A stretch of 64,000 bases of DNA from a candidate division WOR-3 bacterium (GTDB lineage: Bacteria > Hydrothermota > Tepidihabitantia > Tepidihabitantales > DTDR01). The stretch spans positions 336 to 64,335 of the forward strand of contig JBDRVE010000002.1 of NCBI GenBank assembly GCA_039801725.1, read 5' to 3'. How positions within the stretch are numbered: position 1 is the first letter of the stretch; the number at the start of each line of letters is the position of its first letter. Shown here one piece after another: positions 9,889-19,786 of this stretch. A program made the translations under genes and the position numbers. The notes beneath the pieces are model-generated. The model made no database searches and was not told the DNA's origin. It saw only the letters and a list, made by a program, of their open reading frames with translations.

Positions 9889-11334
9889 ATGCTAGAAGAT
9901 TTTTTAAATATTTTCGGTAATTCGTTGCAATTCGGTTTTATTTATTTTAGTAAAGATGGGGTTATAAAATTTGTTAATAAAAGTTTTGTTAATCTTTCTC
10001 AACTGTCAGAAAGTGATTTGATTAATAAAAATTGGTCAGAAATAATTGCCGAAGAAGATAAAAGATGGGTAGAGGAATTTTTTCGGGAAAATAAAAATAG
10101 AAATTTCTCCTTAGATTTTCGTATTAGAAAAAATTCTTTGCCAATTCGTTGTTTTTTTTCTCCGATTGAAAAGGAGAAAGAATTGATAGGGTATGTACTC
10201 ACTCTTTTCACCCTGGAGAAAGAAAAAGAATTAGAACGAGAGATTGCCATTTCAACAAATATCTATCATGAGATTATGGAAAATGCTATTGATGGAATTT
10301 GTATCTTAAAGGATAACAAAATTATTTTAGCTAATCGCCGTCTAGAAGAACTTACTGGCTATTCGGTTGAGGAACTTAAAGATATTAGTATTTTAGATTT
10401 GATTAGTTCACCTGATAAAGAGAAAATAGCTCTAATAATTGAAAAACCGGAGAATATCTTTTCTCCCCTTCATTTTGGAGTAAAAATCATTAATAAAAAT
10501 AAATTTGAAATTGATACGGAATTGAGAATTGTACCAATAACAAAAAATGGTCTTAATTCTTTAATTTTCTTTTTCCGAGATATAACTTATTTAAAAGAAC
10601 TGGAAAAATTAAAAACTGATTATTTTGCAATGGTCTCCCATGATTTAAGAAGTCCACTCACCACTATTAAAGAAGCTGCTACTATTTTACAAGAAATGGT
10701 GAAAGATAAATTACCTAAAGAAGGCGAAAAATTTTTCAGCATTATTTTTGAAGAATTAATACGCCTTTTTCATTTAATTGACAACTTGATTGAAGTTTCT
10801 CGTTTAGAGATGGGAAAAATAAAATTGAATTTCCAACCTACCGATATTCACCAATTAATAAATAAAGTAATAGAACGTTTTAATATTTTTATCCAAAAGA
10901 AAAATATCAAAATTGAAAAAAAATATCATTCCTATCCTATAAAAGCAGAAATTGACCCCGACCGTTTTTCTTCAGTGATTAGTAATCTTTTAGATAATGC
11001 TATTAAGTATTCGCCAGAAAATGGTAAAATCACTATTATGACACAAAAAGTTGATCCCAATTCGACAATTTTAAAAGAAAAAAAATTAAAGGCTAATCTT
11101 TCTTATTTATTGATAGGAATTACTAATGAAGGTCCTGCGATTCCTAAGGAATATCAAGAAAAGATTTTTGATAAATTCGAAAGAGTTGAATTAAAACCAG
11201 GAATAAAAGGGATCGGGTTAGGGTTAACAATTGTTAAAAATATTATTAAATTACATAAAGGAGAAATTTGGGTGGAAAGTAGCCCCGAGAAAGGAACAAC
11301 TTTTTATTTTTTAATACCATTAACTCCAAAATAA
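9889..11334 (+). CDS. cytoplasmic PAS-domain sensor histidine kinase
   Basis: H-box HDLRSPLTT, N-box LLDNAIKYS, G-boxes GIGLGLTIVK. No TM segments. Confidence 0.8.
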   Translation: MLEDFLNIFGNSLQFGFIYFSKDGVIKFVNKSFVNLSQLSESDLINKNWSEIIAEEDKRWVEEFFRENKNRNFSLDFRIRKNSLPIRCFFSPIEKEKELIGYVLTLFTLEKEKELEREIAISTNIYHEIMENAIDGICILKDNKIILANRRLEELTGYSVEELKDISILDLISSPDKEKIALIIEKPENIFSPLHFGVKIINKNKFEIDTELRIVPITKNGLNSLIFFFRDITYLKELEKLKTDYFAMVSHDLRSPLTTIKEAATILQEMVKDKLPKEGEKFFSIIFEELIRLFHLIDNLIEVSRLEMGKIKLNFQPTDIHQLINKVIERFNIFIQKKNIKIEKKYHSYPIKAEIDPDRFSSVISNLLDNAIKYSPENGKITIMTQKVDPNSTILKEKKLKANLSYLLIGITNEGPAIPKEYQEKIFDKFERVELKPGIKGIGLGLTIVKNIIKLHKGEIWVESSPEKGTTFYFLIPLTPK

Positions 11335-11335
11335 T

Positions 11336-11734
11336 ATGGAAGAAAAGAAATATAAAATACTATTAGTAGAAGACGAAGAAAACTTAAGAGAACTTTTAAA
11401 ATATCAATTAGAAAATGCTGGTTACCAAGTTATCACAGCAAGCGATGGTCTTGAGGCATTGGATCTTGCGAGAAAAAATAAGGTAGATCTAATTATTTTA
11501 GATTTGATGCTTCCAAAACTTGATGGTTATACGGTTTGTCGACTTTTAAAATTTAGTGAACAGTATCGAAAGATTCCGCTCATTATGGCAACTGCTCGAA
11601 CAAATCCCGAAGACAAAGAACGTGGATTGGAAATGGGCGCTGATTTTTATTTAACAAAACCATTAAATAGTCAGGAATTATTGGAAAAAATTAAGGAGCT
11701 TCTAAAACCAAAAGAAATTCCTAAAGAAACTTAA
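11336..11734 (+). CDS. single-domain response regulator (CheY-like receiver)
   Basis: ILLVEDEE...DLIILDLMLPKLDG...K. No output domain. Confidence 0.8.
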   Translation: MEEKKYKILLVEDEENLRELLKYQLENAGYQVITASDGLEALDLARKNKVDLIILDLMLPKLDGYTVCRLLKFSEQYRKIPLIMATARTNPEDKERGLEMGADFYLTKPLNSQELLEKIKELLKPKEIPKET

Positions 11735-11976
11735 ACCCTTTCGCTTCCCGTTATACTTTTCTCTTTCTGATAGAAAAATTAGCAATCATTAAAAGACAAT
11801 TAGAATAAAAAGTTTTTGGTATTTTACTGATTTTAACGGTAGAGATAGTTTTTGGGATAACAAAAAATAAAAAAGTAAAGAGAGAAAATACTTGTTGCAA
11901 TTTAATTAAAAATAGTGAAAAATTCTTGAAAGAAAAAAAATTTTTATTACACTTATTAGGTAAAAAGGAGAAAATA

Positions 11977-12723
11977 ATGTTTAATTTCAAAGAGAAAAGG
12001 ATAATTATTACCGGTGCCGGTCAAGGGATTGGAAAAGCAATTGCTAAAAAGTTTGCAGAATTTGAAGCCTTTATTGCCGTTTGCGATATTAATGAGGAAA
12101 ATGCTCAACTAACCGCTAAAGAGTTAGAAATCATTGGTGGCAGAAGTCTTCCTTATAAAGTAGATGTTAGCAATTATAAAGAAGTAAAAGAGGTAGTTAA
12201 AAAAATTGCTCAAGATTTTTCCGGTATTGATATTCTTATCAATAATGCCGGAATTGTCCGTGATATGCTTTTATTAAAAATGGAGGAAGAGGATTTTCAA
12301 AAAGTAATTGATGTGAATTTGAAAGGTACTTTTAATTTTACTAAAGCTGTCTTGCCTTATCTTTTAGAAAAGCGCTGGGGAAGAATTATAAATATTGCTT
12401 CTATAATTGGTGAAATGGGAAATGTCGGTCAAGCAAATTATGCGGCTGCGAAAGCAGGAATTATTGGTTTTACCAAAAGTGTCGCTAAAGAGGTTGCTAG
12501 TAAAAATATCACTGTGAATGCCATTGCTCCGGGTTTTATAGAAACGCCGATGACCGAGAATTTAAAACCAGAAATAAAAGAGAAATACTTATCATTAATT
12601 CCTTTAAAAAGATTTGGCAAACCGGAAGAAGTGGCTTATCTCTGCATATTTTTATGTAGCGAAATGGCCAGTTATATAACCGGCCAGGTTATCAGGATTG
12701 ATGGCGGTCTTTTGATGGGATAA
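11977..12723 (+). CDS. fabG: 3-oxoacyl-[ACP] reductase (SDR family)
   Basis: TGAGQGIGKAIA Rossmann motif, NNAG, YAAAKAG catalytic motif. AAAGGAG RBS 6 nt before the ATG at 11977. Confidence 0.75.
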   Translation: MFNFKEKRIIITGAGQGIGKAIAKKFAEFEAFIAVCDINEENAQLTAKELEIIGGRSLPYKVDVSNYKEVKEVVKKIAQDFSGIDILINNAGIVRDMLLLKMEEEDFQKVIDVNLKGTFNFTKAVLPYLLEKRWGRIINIASIIGEMGNVGQANYAAAKAGIIGFTKSVAKEVASKNITVNAIAPGFIETPMTENLKPEIKEKYLSLIPLKRFGKPEEVAYLCIFLCSEMASYITGQVIRIDGGLLMG

Positions 12724-12747
12724 TTTTAAAATTTATAGATATCAGAA

Positions 12748-13314
12748 TTAAGTAGCAGAAACAGCTTTTTTACCTGGTTTAAGTTTGATAACTTCTCCCT
12801 TATATCTTATGCCCTTCCCCTTATATTTGTCGGGAGGCTTAATCTTTCTGATATTGGCGGCAACTTGCCCTACCAAATACTTATCAATTCCTTTTACTAC
12901 AATTTCAGTTAAAGGAGTTTTAGGATCATCAGGATTAGGAGCCTGTCTAACATCTACTTCAATTCCTTTGGGAATAGGAAAATCTACCGGATGAGAAAAA
13001 CCAACAAAAAGTTGAATACCTTCTTTTGTTTTTTGTACCCGATAACCTTGTCCTCTGACTTCTAATATTTTCTCAAATCCCTTTGTCACACCGACTATCA
13101 TATTATTTATCAAAGCCCACATTAATCCTCGGAATTTTTTTGCCTTAGGAGATTTTTCTTTTACTTTAATTTGGTTATCTTCTAAAATAACATCCACTTG
13201 TGGATGGATTTTCATACTCAACTGTCCCAAAGGACCCCAAACATAAATTTCGTTGTCTTTCAATTCTAATTTTACATTTGTTGGTATCGTTATTGGTCGT
13301 TTACCAACTGGCAT
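12748..13314 (-). CDS. rplF: 50S ribosomal protein L6
   Basis: MPVGKRPITIP..., GFSHPVD, GQVAANIR, KYKGKGIRY are all L6 signatures. Not adjacent to other ribosomal-protein genes. Confidence 0.8.
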   Translation of the reverse strand: MPVGKRPITIPTNVKLELKDNEIYVWGPLGQLSMKIHPQVDVILEDNQIKVKEKSPKAKKFRGLMWALINNMIVGVTKGFEKILEVRGQGYRVQKTKEGIQLFVGFSHPVDFPIPKGIEVDVRQAPNPDDPKTPLTEIVVKGIDKYLVGQVAANIRKIKPPDKYKGKGIRYKGEVIKLKPGKKAVSAT

Positions 13315-14272
13315 AGTATAAATTATATTAAAAATTATTTTAAAGTCAAATAAATAAAAACGCATTAAAATGTGTTTATCAGGGAAAGGTTAATAAAGAT
13401 CTTTAAATAAAAAGAATCATAAAATTGGCAACTATTAACACTCTTTTGGAAAGCCTAAATCCTTAAGATTAACTATTGAAACTTGATTCCCAGTTGTACA
13501 TGGTTTTTAACTAAATATTATTAACTTCGTTTTATAATAAAAAAGTAACCTTAAGTTTTTTACGTTATTTATATATGGGGAAAAGAAAATATTTTACTAA
13601 AGTCAAAGTATAAAGTAGGAATATTAATTAAGAAAGGGATAATAATTAAGTAAGACTGCGACGTTTTGAGACCATTCAATAGGATTGGGAAGATTAGAAT
13701 ATTAGCAAATATTGAAAATTTAGAAAAAAGATCTATTAAAAAGATAAATTAAAGATAGAAATAGTTAACACAGAAATTTTTTATTTAATATTTAAATAAG
13801 TTCCTTTTTGCTTATATTGTTTCTTCGGCTCTACTTTTATAAAACAAGGGGATTTTATTTTTTGTTAAAAAGGAACTGGATGGTAGAGAGTGTAAAAAAT
13901 TAGAGAAAAAATGAATAGGTAAAATTGCCGATTTCATCTTTTCATTCCCAATTGATTATTTTGTTGAATAATCAGTAGCAGAATTATTTTGGAAATCGGA
14001 TAACAATATAACTTAATATATAAACTTCTATAATCTCCTAGCAATTTTTGTAGCAATAGATTTTGTTCTATTTATCTTCTGAAAATAGGATTGGTATCTA
14101 AATCTATGAAATAACTTTTTATCTTCTTAATAAAATATTCCTTTTAAGATGCTAACTATTGCTTTTCTTTCATAAAAGATGAAGAAATGTTCTAAACTAT
14201 TATTTCGGATTATTAAACTTCTAATTATTTATTAATCTATTGGCGGTGTTCTCTCAATTAATTAGGAGTAAA

Positions 14273-15508
14273 TTATATTCTTGATAAAAGACTATAAAGA
14301 ATATTTGGATAACTTAAGACTTTTACCTGATATTCTTTTTCATTTTCTTTAAAATCCATAACATAAGTTTTTTGATAAACTTCTTTTAAAAGATATCCTT
14401 TTTCTTTGGGAATTTTTAAGGTTTTTCTTTTTAAGAATTTTCTTATTCTTTTTTTTATTAGATTTTTTAAAGAATTTAAGTTTATTTCTTTTAAAGCGGA
14501 AATAAAAATAGCATTAGGATATTCCCTTTTTAATCTCTGTAATTGGATTTTTTCGAAAAGAAGGTCAATCTTATTAAAAACCAACACAATTTTTTCCTCT
14601 TCGCAGCCAATTTCTTTCAAAGTTTCTTTTACCACGTTAATTTTTTCTACTAAATTTTCTGAAGTAGCATCAACTAAATGAATTATTAAATCACTTCTTT
14701 TAATATCCTCTAAGGTGGCATGGAAAGCAGAAATTAATTGAGGAGGCAAATTTTTGATAAAACCTACCGTATCGGTAATCAAAATTTTAATATTAGGAAA
14801 AATTTCAAAAGCTTTTGTGTTTGCATCTAAAGTAGCAAAAAGTTCATCAGAAATATAAACATTTTCTTTGGTTAGCGCTTTGAAGAGCGTTGATTTTCCT
14901 GAATTGGTATAACCGGCTAAAGCAATTTTAAAAAAATATTCTCTCTGGGCTCTTTGAATTTCTTTGGTTTTTTTTAGTTTTTCCAAATTTTTCTTTAAAA
15001 GATAAATTCTTTCTTTAATTTTTCTTTTATCAATTTCTAATTGTTTTTCACCAGGCCCTCGTGTTCCAATTCCACCACCTAATTGAGAAAGAGTTTTACC
15101 TTTACCGGTAAGCATTGTCAATTGATAAGAAAGTTGTGCTAGTTCTACCTGTAACATTGCTTCAGCAGTTCGGGCATGCCGAGCAAAAATATCTAAAATT
15201 AAAGCTCTTCGATCAATCGTACGGACATTAACTATTTCCTCAATGTTTCTTATCTGGGAAGGGGTTAATTGGTTATCAAAAATTAATAAATCAATTTTAT
15301 GTTGTTGACAGATTCGTTTTAATTCCTCTATTTTACCTTTTCCTAACAATGTTTTGGGCGAAGGATTCCTCTTTATTTGGATAAAACTACCAACAACTTC
15401 TCCACCAGCCGTTTCGGTAAGAGCTTTTAATTCTTCTAAATCATTAATTTTTTGGTATTTTTCTCGCTCATTTCTTATCAGGGCAATTAAGATTACCCTT
15501 TCTTTCAT
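14273..15508 (-). CDS. hflX: GTPase HflX
   Basis: HflX N-domain plus G1 GYTNSGKST, DTVGF, NKID. Confidence 0.8.
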   Translation of the reverse strand: MKERVILIALIRNEREKYQKINDLEELKALTETAGGEVVGSFIQIKRNPSPKTLLGKGKIEELKRICQQHKIDLLIFDNQLTPSQIRNIEEIVNVRTIDRRALILDIFARHARTAEAMLQVELAQLSYQLTMLTGKGKTLSQLGGGIGTRGPGEKQLEIDKRKIKERIYLLKKNLEKLKKTKEIQRAQREYFFKIALAGYTNSGKSTLFKALTKENVYISDELFATLDANTKAFEIFPNIKILITDTVGFIKNLPPQLISAFHATLEDIKRSDLIIHLVDATSENLVEKINVVKETLKEIGCEEEKIVLVFNKIDLLFEKIQLQRLKREYPNAIFISALKEINLNSLKNLIKKRIRKFLKRKTLKIPKEKGYLLKEVYQKTYVMDFKENEKEYQVKVLSYPNILYSLLSRI

Positions 15509-16071
15509 AGATTTCTTAGAGAATGAGATATTCTTTGAATAAAGGTCCCTAAGTTGCCGATTATTAAAATTACCAACAGATAAGCAAAATATTTCTTTAA
15601 CAAAAAAGAGCCGATTATTAAAAATAACATTCTTGTTGGTCTTTCAAATATTCCTATTTTACATTCGATTCCCACCCCTTCTGCTCGAGCACGAGCATAA
15701 CTTACAAAAAGAGAAGAGGCAAAAGCCAGAAAGGGAAGAAAGGCAACTTTAGAATTTTGATAATAAAGAAAAAGACCAAAGAAAATGAAAAATTCAGTCA
15801 AGCGATCAATAATCGAATCTAAAAAAGCACCCCTTTTAGTTACTTTTTCTCTTTTTCGCGCAAGTTCTCCATCGATAGTATCGGCTAAAGCAATTAAGAT
15901 AAGAAAAATTCCTGCCTTTAAAAAATTTCCTTGGAAATAAAAATAACTAGCAAAAATAGAAAAAAAGAGTCCACTTAAAGTAATAAAGGTAGGAGATATT
16001 TTTAGATAGACTAAAAATTTGACAAGAAAATAAAGAAAACGCGTCAATTTTCTTTTGGTTGTTTCTTTCAT
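15505..16071 (-). CDS. CDP-alcohol phosphatidyltransferase (PgsA-like)
   Basis: DTIDGELARKx8GAFLDSIID matches D-x2-DG-x2-AR-x8-G-x3-D-x3-D. Polytopic, 188 aa. Confidence 0.75.
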   Translation of the reverse strand: MKETTKRKLTRFLYFLVKFLVYLKISPTFITLSGLFFSIFASYFYFQGNFLKAGIFLILIALADTIDGELARKREKVTKRGAFLDSIIDRLTEFFIFFGLFLYYQNSKVAFLPFLAFASSLFVSYARARAEGVGIECKIGIFERPTRMLFLIIGSFLLKKYFAYLLVILIIGNLGTFIQRISHSLRNL

Positions 16072-16760
16072 TCTTCTTTACCCTTTACAATCAGCACTAT
16101 TTCACCTTTTATTCTTTCTTGCTTTTCTAATCTTTTTTTTAAAATCTCAATTATTTCGCTAATTTTCCCTCTTAAAACCTCTTCAAATTTTTTGGTTAAT
16201 TCCCGACACAAAGCAATTTCTCGATCCCCGAAAATTTCTAAAAAGGTATTTAAAGTTCTCATTATTCGATAGGGTGATTCATAAAACACCATCGTTCTTT
16301 CTTCGTTTACCAAATTTAAAAGTTTCTTTCTTTTTCTTCCTTCTCTTTTGGGCAAAAATCCTTCAAAGGCAAAACGGTCAGAGGGTAAACCAGAAACAAT
16401 TAATCCTGCAATCATTGCTGCTGGTCCTGGAATTGGACTTATTTTTATTCCTTCCTTAATTACTTCTCGTACCAAATAATAACCAGGATCAGAAATTACT
16501 GGTGTACCGGCATCAGAAACAAAAGCCAAACTTTCTCCCTTTTTTAAAAGCTGAATAATCTCTGGAGTTTTATTAAATTTATTATGTTCATTATAAGAAA
16601 TTAAAGGTTTTTTAATTTGATAATGATCAAGTAGAATTTTTGTCCGGCGGGTATCTTCACAAACAATGTAGGAGACTTCTTTTAATATTTCTAGAGCTCT
16701 TAACGTGATATCTTTTAAATTGCCGATAGGTGTGGCCACCAGATAAAGGATTCCGCTCAT
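16068..16760 (-). CDS. rsmI: 16S rRNA (cytidine1402-2'-O)-methyltransferase RsmI
   Basis: ILYLVATPIGNLKDITLRALEIL tetrapyrrole-methylase-like N-terminus typical of RsmI. Confidence 0.8.
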   Translation of the reverse strand: MSGILYLVATPIGNLKDITLRALEILKEVSYIVCEDTRRTKILLDHYQIKKPLISYNEHNKFNKTPEIIQLLKKGESLAFVSDAGTPVISDPGYYLVREVIKEGIKISPIPGPAAMIAGLIVSGLPSDRFAFEGFLPKREGRKRKKLLNLVNEERTMVFYESPYRIMRTLNTFLEIFGDREIALCRELTKKFEEVLRGKISEIIEILKKRLEKQERIKGEIVLIVKGKEE

Positions 16761-18085
16761 TTTTTATTATGAAAAAGCGATTTTAAAATTTCACCGGCAA
16801 GATAGAAAGAGCCGGTTATTATTAATAATTTTTTTTCCTTATTAGCTTTTTTGAAAACATAATTAAAAGCTTTTTTAACCGAAGAAAAAGCAGTATGTTT
16901 CAATTTGATTTTTTTTGCCAATTCTTTTAATTTATTTAAAGGAGTGGCTCTTTTTGTTTTTGCTTTAGTAAAAACAATCTCTTGTGACACAGGTTTTAAA
17001 AATTTCAACATTTTATAACTATCTTTATCTTTTGATACTCCAAAAAGAAAATAATATTTTTTGGAGTTATTTATTTTTGTTAACGTTTCTTTGAGAGATT
17101 TAATCGAAATTGGGTTATGAGCGGTATCAATAATGAGAAAGCCGCCATTATAAGAAATATAAGAAATTCTTCCTAAAAGAGGTACGTTATTAATTGCCCG
17201 TTTAATAGCGGAATAATTAATCAATTTATGGTTTTTACTTAAAAGGAGAAGGGTAGTAAGTACTAAACCAATATTTTCTTTTTGAAATTCGCCAATTAAA
17301 TTAGTATGAATAATATCTTCTTTGAAATTATTTTCGAAAGTTTCTTTTAAAAAATTAACAAAAAAAGTTGTGCCTTTAGTGGAAATTTCTAATAAATGAA
17401 AGGAGAAATAATCATCGGAATAGAAAATTTTAGAATTTTTTTTATTACACACTTTTTGAAAAACTCTATCAACAGATTTGCGTTGGTGAAAAGTTATTAA
17501 AGGTACTTCTGTATGAATAATACCAGCTTTTTCGTAGGCAATTCTCGATAGAGTTTTTCCTAAAATTTCTGTGTGGTCGTAATCAATTCGAGTGATTATG
17601 GAAATAATTGGATTTACTACATTAGTAGCATCCAATCGGCCTCCTAAACCTACTTCTAATATCACAAAATCATGAGGTTTTCTTAAAAAGAATAAAAAAG
17701 CAATAGCAGTTAAAGATTCAAAAAAAGTTAATTTGTGCATTTTTATCAATTTCTTTAAGTAAAAAGTTAATTCAGTAAATTCTTCTTTTTCAATGGGATG
17801 ATTTTGAAACTGAATTCTTTCACGTAAACTTATTAAATGAGGAGAAGTGTAAATTCCCACTTTATATCCACATTCTTTTAAACAATTTCCTAATATCGAA
17901 GCTGTAGAACCTTTGCCTTTAGTACCAGCAATTAAAATAGGATTTTTTAAAAAGCGATGGGGGTCTCCTATTTCAGAGAGAAAATTTAAAAAACGGATTA
18001 ATTTAAAATCATTATAATTTGCCTTTTTTCTTTCGTAATTAATTAAACTTGATAAAAAATTAATTGCTTTTTTATACGAATTCAT
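16757..18085 (-). CDS. folC: folylpolyglutamate synthase / dihydrofolate synthase
   Basis: Mur-ligase fold with IAGTKGKGST P-loop and a FolC-like N-terminus. Confidence 0.75.
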   Translation of the reverse strand: MNSYKKAINFLSSLINYERKKANYNDFKLIRFLNFLSEIGDPHRFLKNPILIAGTKGKGSTASILGNCLKECGYKVGIYTSPHLISLRERIQFQNHPIEKEEFTELTFYLKKLIKMHKLTFFESLTAIAFLFFLRKPHDFVILEVGLGGRLDATNVVNPIISIITRIDYDHTEILGKTLSRIAYEKAGIIHTEVPLITFHQRKSVDRVFQKVCNKKNSKIFYSDDYFSFHLLEISTKGTTFFVNFLKETFENNFKEDIIHTNLIGEFQKENIGLVLTTLLLLSKNHKLINYSAIKRAINNVPLLGRISYISYNGGFLIIDTAHNPISIKSLKETLTKINNSKKYYFLFGVSKDKDSYKMLKFLKPVSQEIVFTKAKTKRATPLNKLKELAKKIKLKHTAFSSVKKAFNYVFKKANKEKKLLIITGSFYLAGEILKSLFHNKK

Positions 18086-18271
18086 ACAATTAAATATAAT
18101 ACATTTTTTTTAGAAAATTTCAATAATACTGCCATCAAGAATTTAATTATTAAAATAAAACAACTACCTTCTAATACCTTATTAAATAAATTTTTAATAA
18201 AAATACCTCTTTTGTTTATAAGTGATGAAAAATCAATAATTTATTAATAAAAAATTTAAATAAAAAATCGC

Positions 18272-18297
18272 TTGACATTTCGTTTAGTTTTATTATA
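18272..18297 (+). promoter_or_regulatory. sigma70 consensus-like promoter (TTGACA-16-TATATT) of the division/cell-wall cluster
   Basis: TTGACA at 18272-18277 and TATATT at 18294-18299 region. The predicted transcription start falls 2-3 nt before the ATG at 18307, implying a leaderless mraZ mRNA. Confidence 0.55.
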
Positions 18298-18306
18298 TTT
18301 TTGGTA

Positions 18307-18825
18307 ATGAATGGTGATAAAATAAATCTTAATGGTGATAAAATAAATCTTAATGGTGAAGAAAGGGGATATAATTTTACTGGTGTTTATTTTCATACTA
18401 TAGATGAAAAGGGCAGGATTGCAATTCCGTTACCTTTCCGTTTAGCCCTTCCACAAGAATCAAAAGATAGATTATTTATTAGCCCAGGCCTCAGTAAAAC
18501 AATCTTTTGTTATCCCACCCCTGAATGGAAAAGGTTTCGGAATTGCGTCCTGTCCTTTTTTTCTCATTTTGAAGAAAACGAAAGAAAGATCTTATGGTGG
18601 ATAAGTCTTAACACTTTTGAAGTCTCTTTGGATAACCAAGGACGAATTCTTATATCGGAAGAACTTAGAAGATGGGCAAATTTATCAAAAATTGCGGTAG
18701 TTCTTGGAGCAATTTATTATTTCGTAATTTGTAATGAGGAAAGATACGAGGAAATAAAAAAACATGGAGAAAGTAATTTTGAAGAGTTTATTAAAAAGCT
18801 TTATGAAAATGGTAGGATTCGTTGA
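18307..18825 (+). CDS. mraZ: transcriptional regulator MraZ (with repeat-encoded N-terminal extension, or a later non-canonical start)
   Basis: HTIDEKGRIAIPLPFR and ISLNTFEVSLDNQGRILI are the duplicated MraZ (G)R-I/V-x-IP motifs. The start is uncertain: the repeats encode NGDKINLNGDKINL. Confidence 0.7.
   Translation: MNGDKINLNGDKINLNGEERGYNFTGVYFHTIDEKGRIAIPLPFRLALPQESKDRLFISPGLSKTIFCYPTPEWKRFRNCVLSFFSHFEENERKILWWISLNTFEVSLDNQGRILISEELRRWANLSKIAVVLGAIYYFVICNEERYEEIKKHGESNFEEFIKKLYENGRIR
18310..18359 (+). repeat. 21-bp perfect tandem direct repeat (aatggtgataaaataaatctt x2.4) at the 5' end of mraZ
   Basis: Read directly. Units at 18310-18330 and 18331-18351, partial unit at 18352-18359. A related TGGTAA lies 11 bp upstream. 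Confidence 0.9.
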
Positions 18826-19786
18826 AGAAAGTTTTCATATTCCAGTGATGCTAAAAGAAGTGATTGATTTTTTCTTTCTCAGTCCCCAAGAGCTGATGGA
18901 AAGATATTTTTCTAAAAAGAGAATCTTATTAGCCATTAAAGAAATACCGGAAATTTTCGTAGATGCTACCGCAGGAGGCGGAGGGCATTTATTTTCTATA
19001 ATTAACTATTACAAAACATTCTTCCCCAAAAATTTTAAAACTGCTATTTTTATTGGTTTAGATGTGGATAAGGAAGCAATTGAATATTTGGAAAAAAAGA
19101 AAATTAAATTAGGATTGAATAATCTTTTTATTCATTGGGAAAATTATTTAAATATTAGGGAATTATTTTCTGCTTTTTATCCTCAAAAAAAACCTTGTCG
19201 AATTTTATTTGATTTAGGTATCTCTTACTATCAAGCAAAAAGTGCTCTCCGAGGTTTTTCTTACGACAGTAACGGGATAATCGACATGCGTTTTGATCAG
19301 ATTCGTCAAACAAAGAAGGCCTTAGATCTTATTAGAGAATTAAATTTGAATAAACTGAAAGAAATTTTAAAAAAATTTGGCGAAGAGGTCAACGCCGAAA
19401 GAATTGCTAAGAAAATTTTTCAACAAAAGAAAGAAATTAAGACTACTTATGATTTAAAAAGAATTGTTCTTTCGGTAAGCGGAAAAAAAAGTATACCTCG
19501 GGTTTTTCAAGCCTTTAGAATATTTGTAAATAACGAATTAGAAAATTTAAAGACTGGTTTAAAAGAAGCTTTTTTACTTTTAAAAAACGAAGGAAGATTA
19601 GCGGTAATTACTTATCATTCTTTGGAAGATAGAATTGTAAAGAATTCTTTTAATCTTTGGGAAAAAGAAAAAAAAGGTAGAAAGCTCACCCCTAAACCAA
19701 TCGTTGCCTCTTTTGGTGAAATCGAAAATAATAGAGCAGCCCGAAGTGGAAAGTTAAGGGTATTTCTGAAATATGAAGAGAATTAA
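18809..19786 (+). CDS. rsmH: 16S rRNA (cytosine1402-N4)-methyltransferase RsmH/MraW
   Basis: HIPVMLKEVIDFF, DATAGGGGH, conserved C-terminal ARSGKLRV. The start is approximate. Confidence 0.75.
   Translation: MVGFVEESFHIPVMLKEVIDFFFLSPQELMERYFSKKRILLAIKEIPEIFVDATAGGGGHLFSIINYYKTFFPKNFKTAIFIGLDVDKEAIEYLEKKKIKLGLNNLFIHWENYLNIRELFSAFYPQKKPCRILFDLGISYYQAKSALRGFSYDSNGIIDMRFDQIRQTKKALDLIRELNLNKLKEILKKFGEEVNAERIAKKIFQQKKEIKTTYDLKRIVLSVSGKKSIPRVFQAFRIFVNNELENLKTGLKEAFLLLKNEGRLAVITYHSLEDRIVKNSFNLWEKEKKGRKLTPKPIVASFGEIENNRAARSGKLRVFLKYEEN

Noticed and set aside
16068-19786. rsmI and rsmH (both modify 16S C1402) flanking the folC / mraZ region as a functional unit
   Set aside because: They are on opposite strands and separated by folC and a promoter region. 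This is probably coincidental synteny, and rsmH is a normal member of the division cluster.
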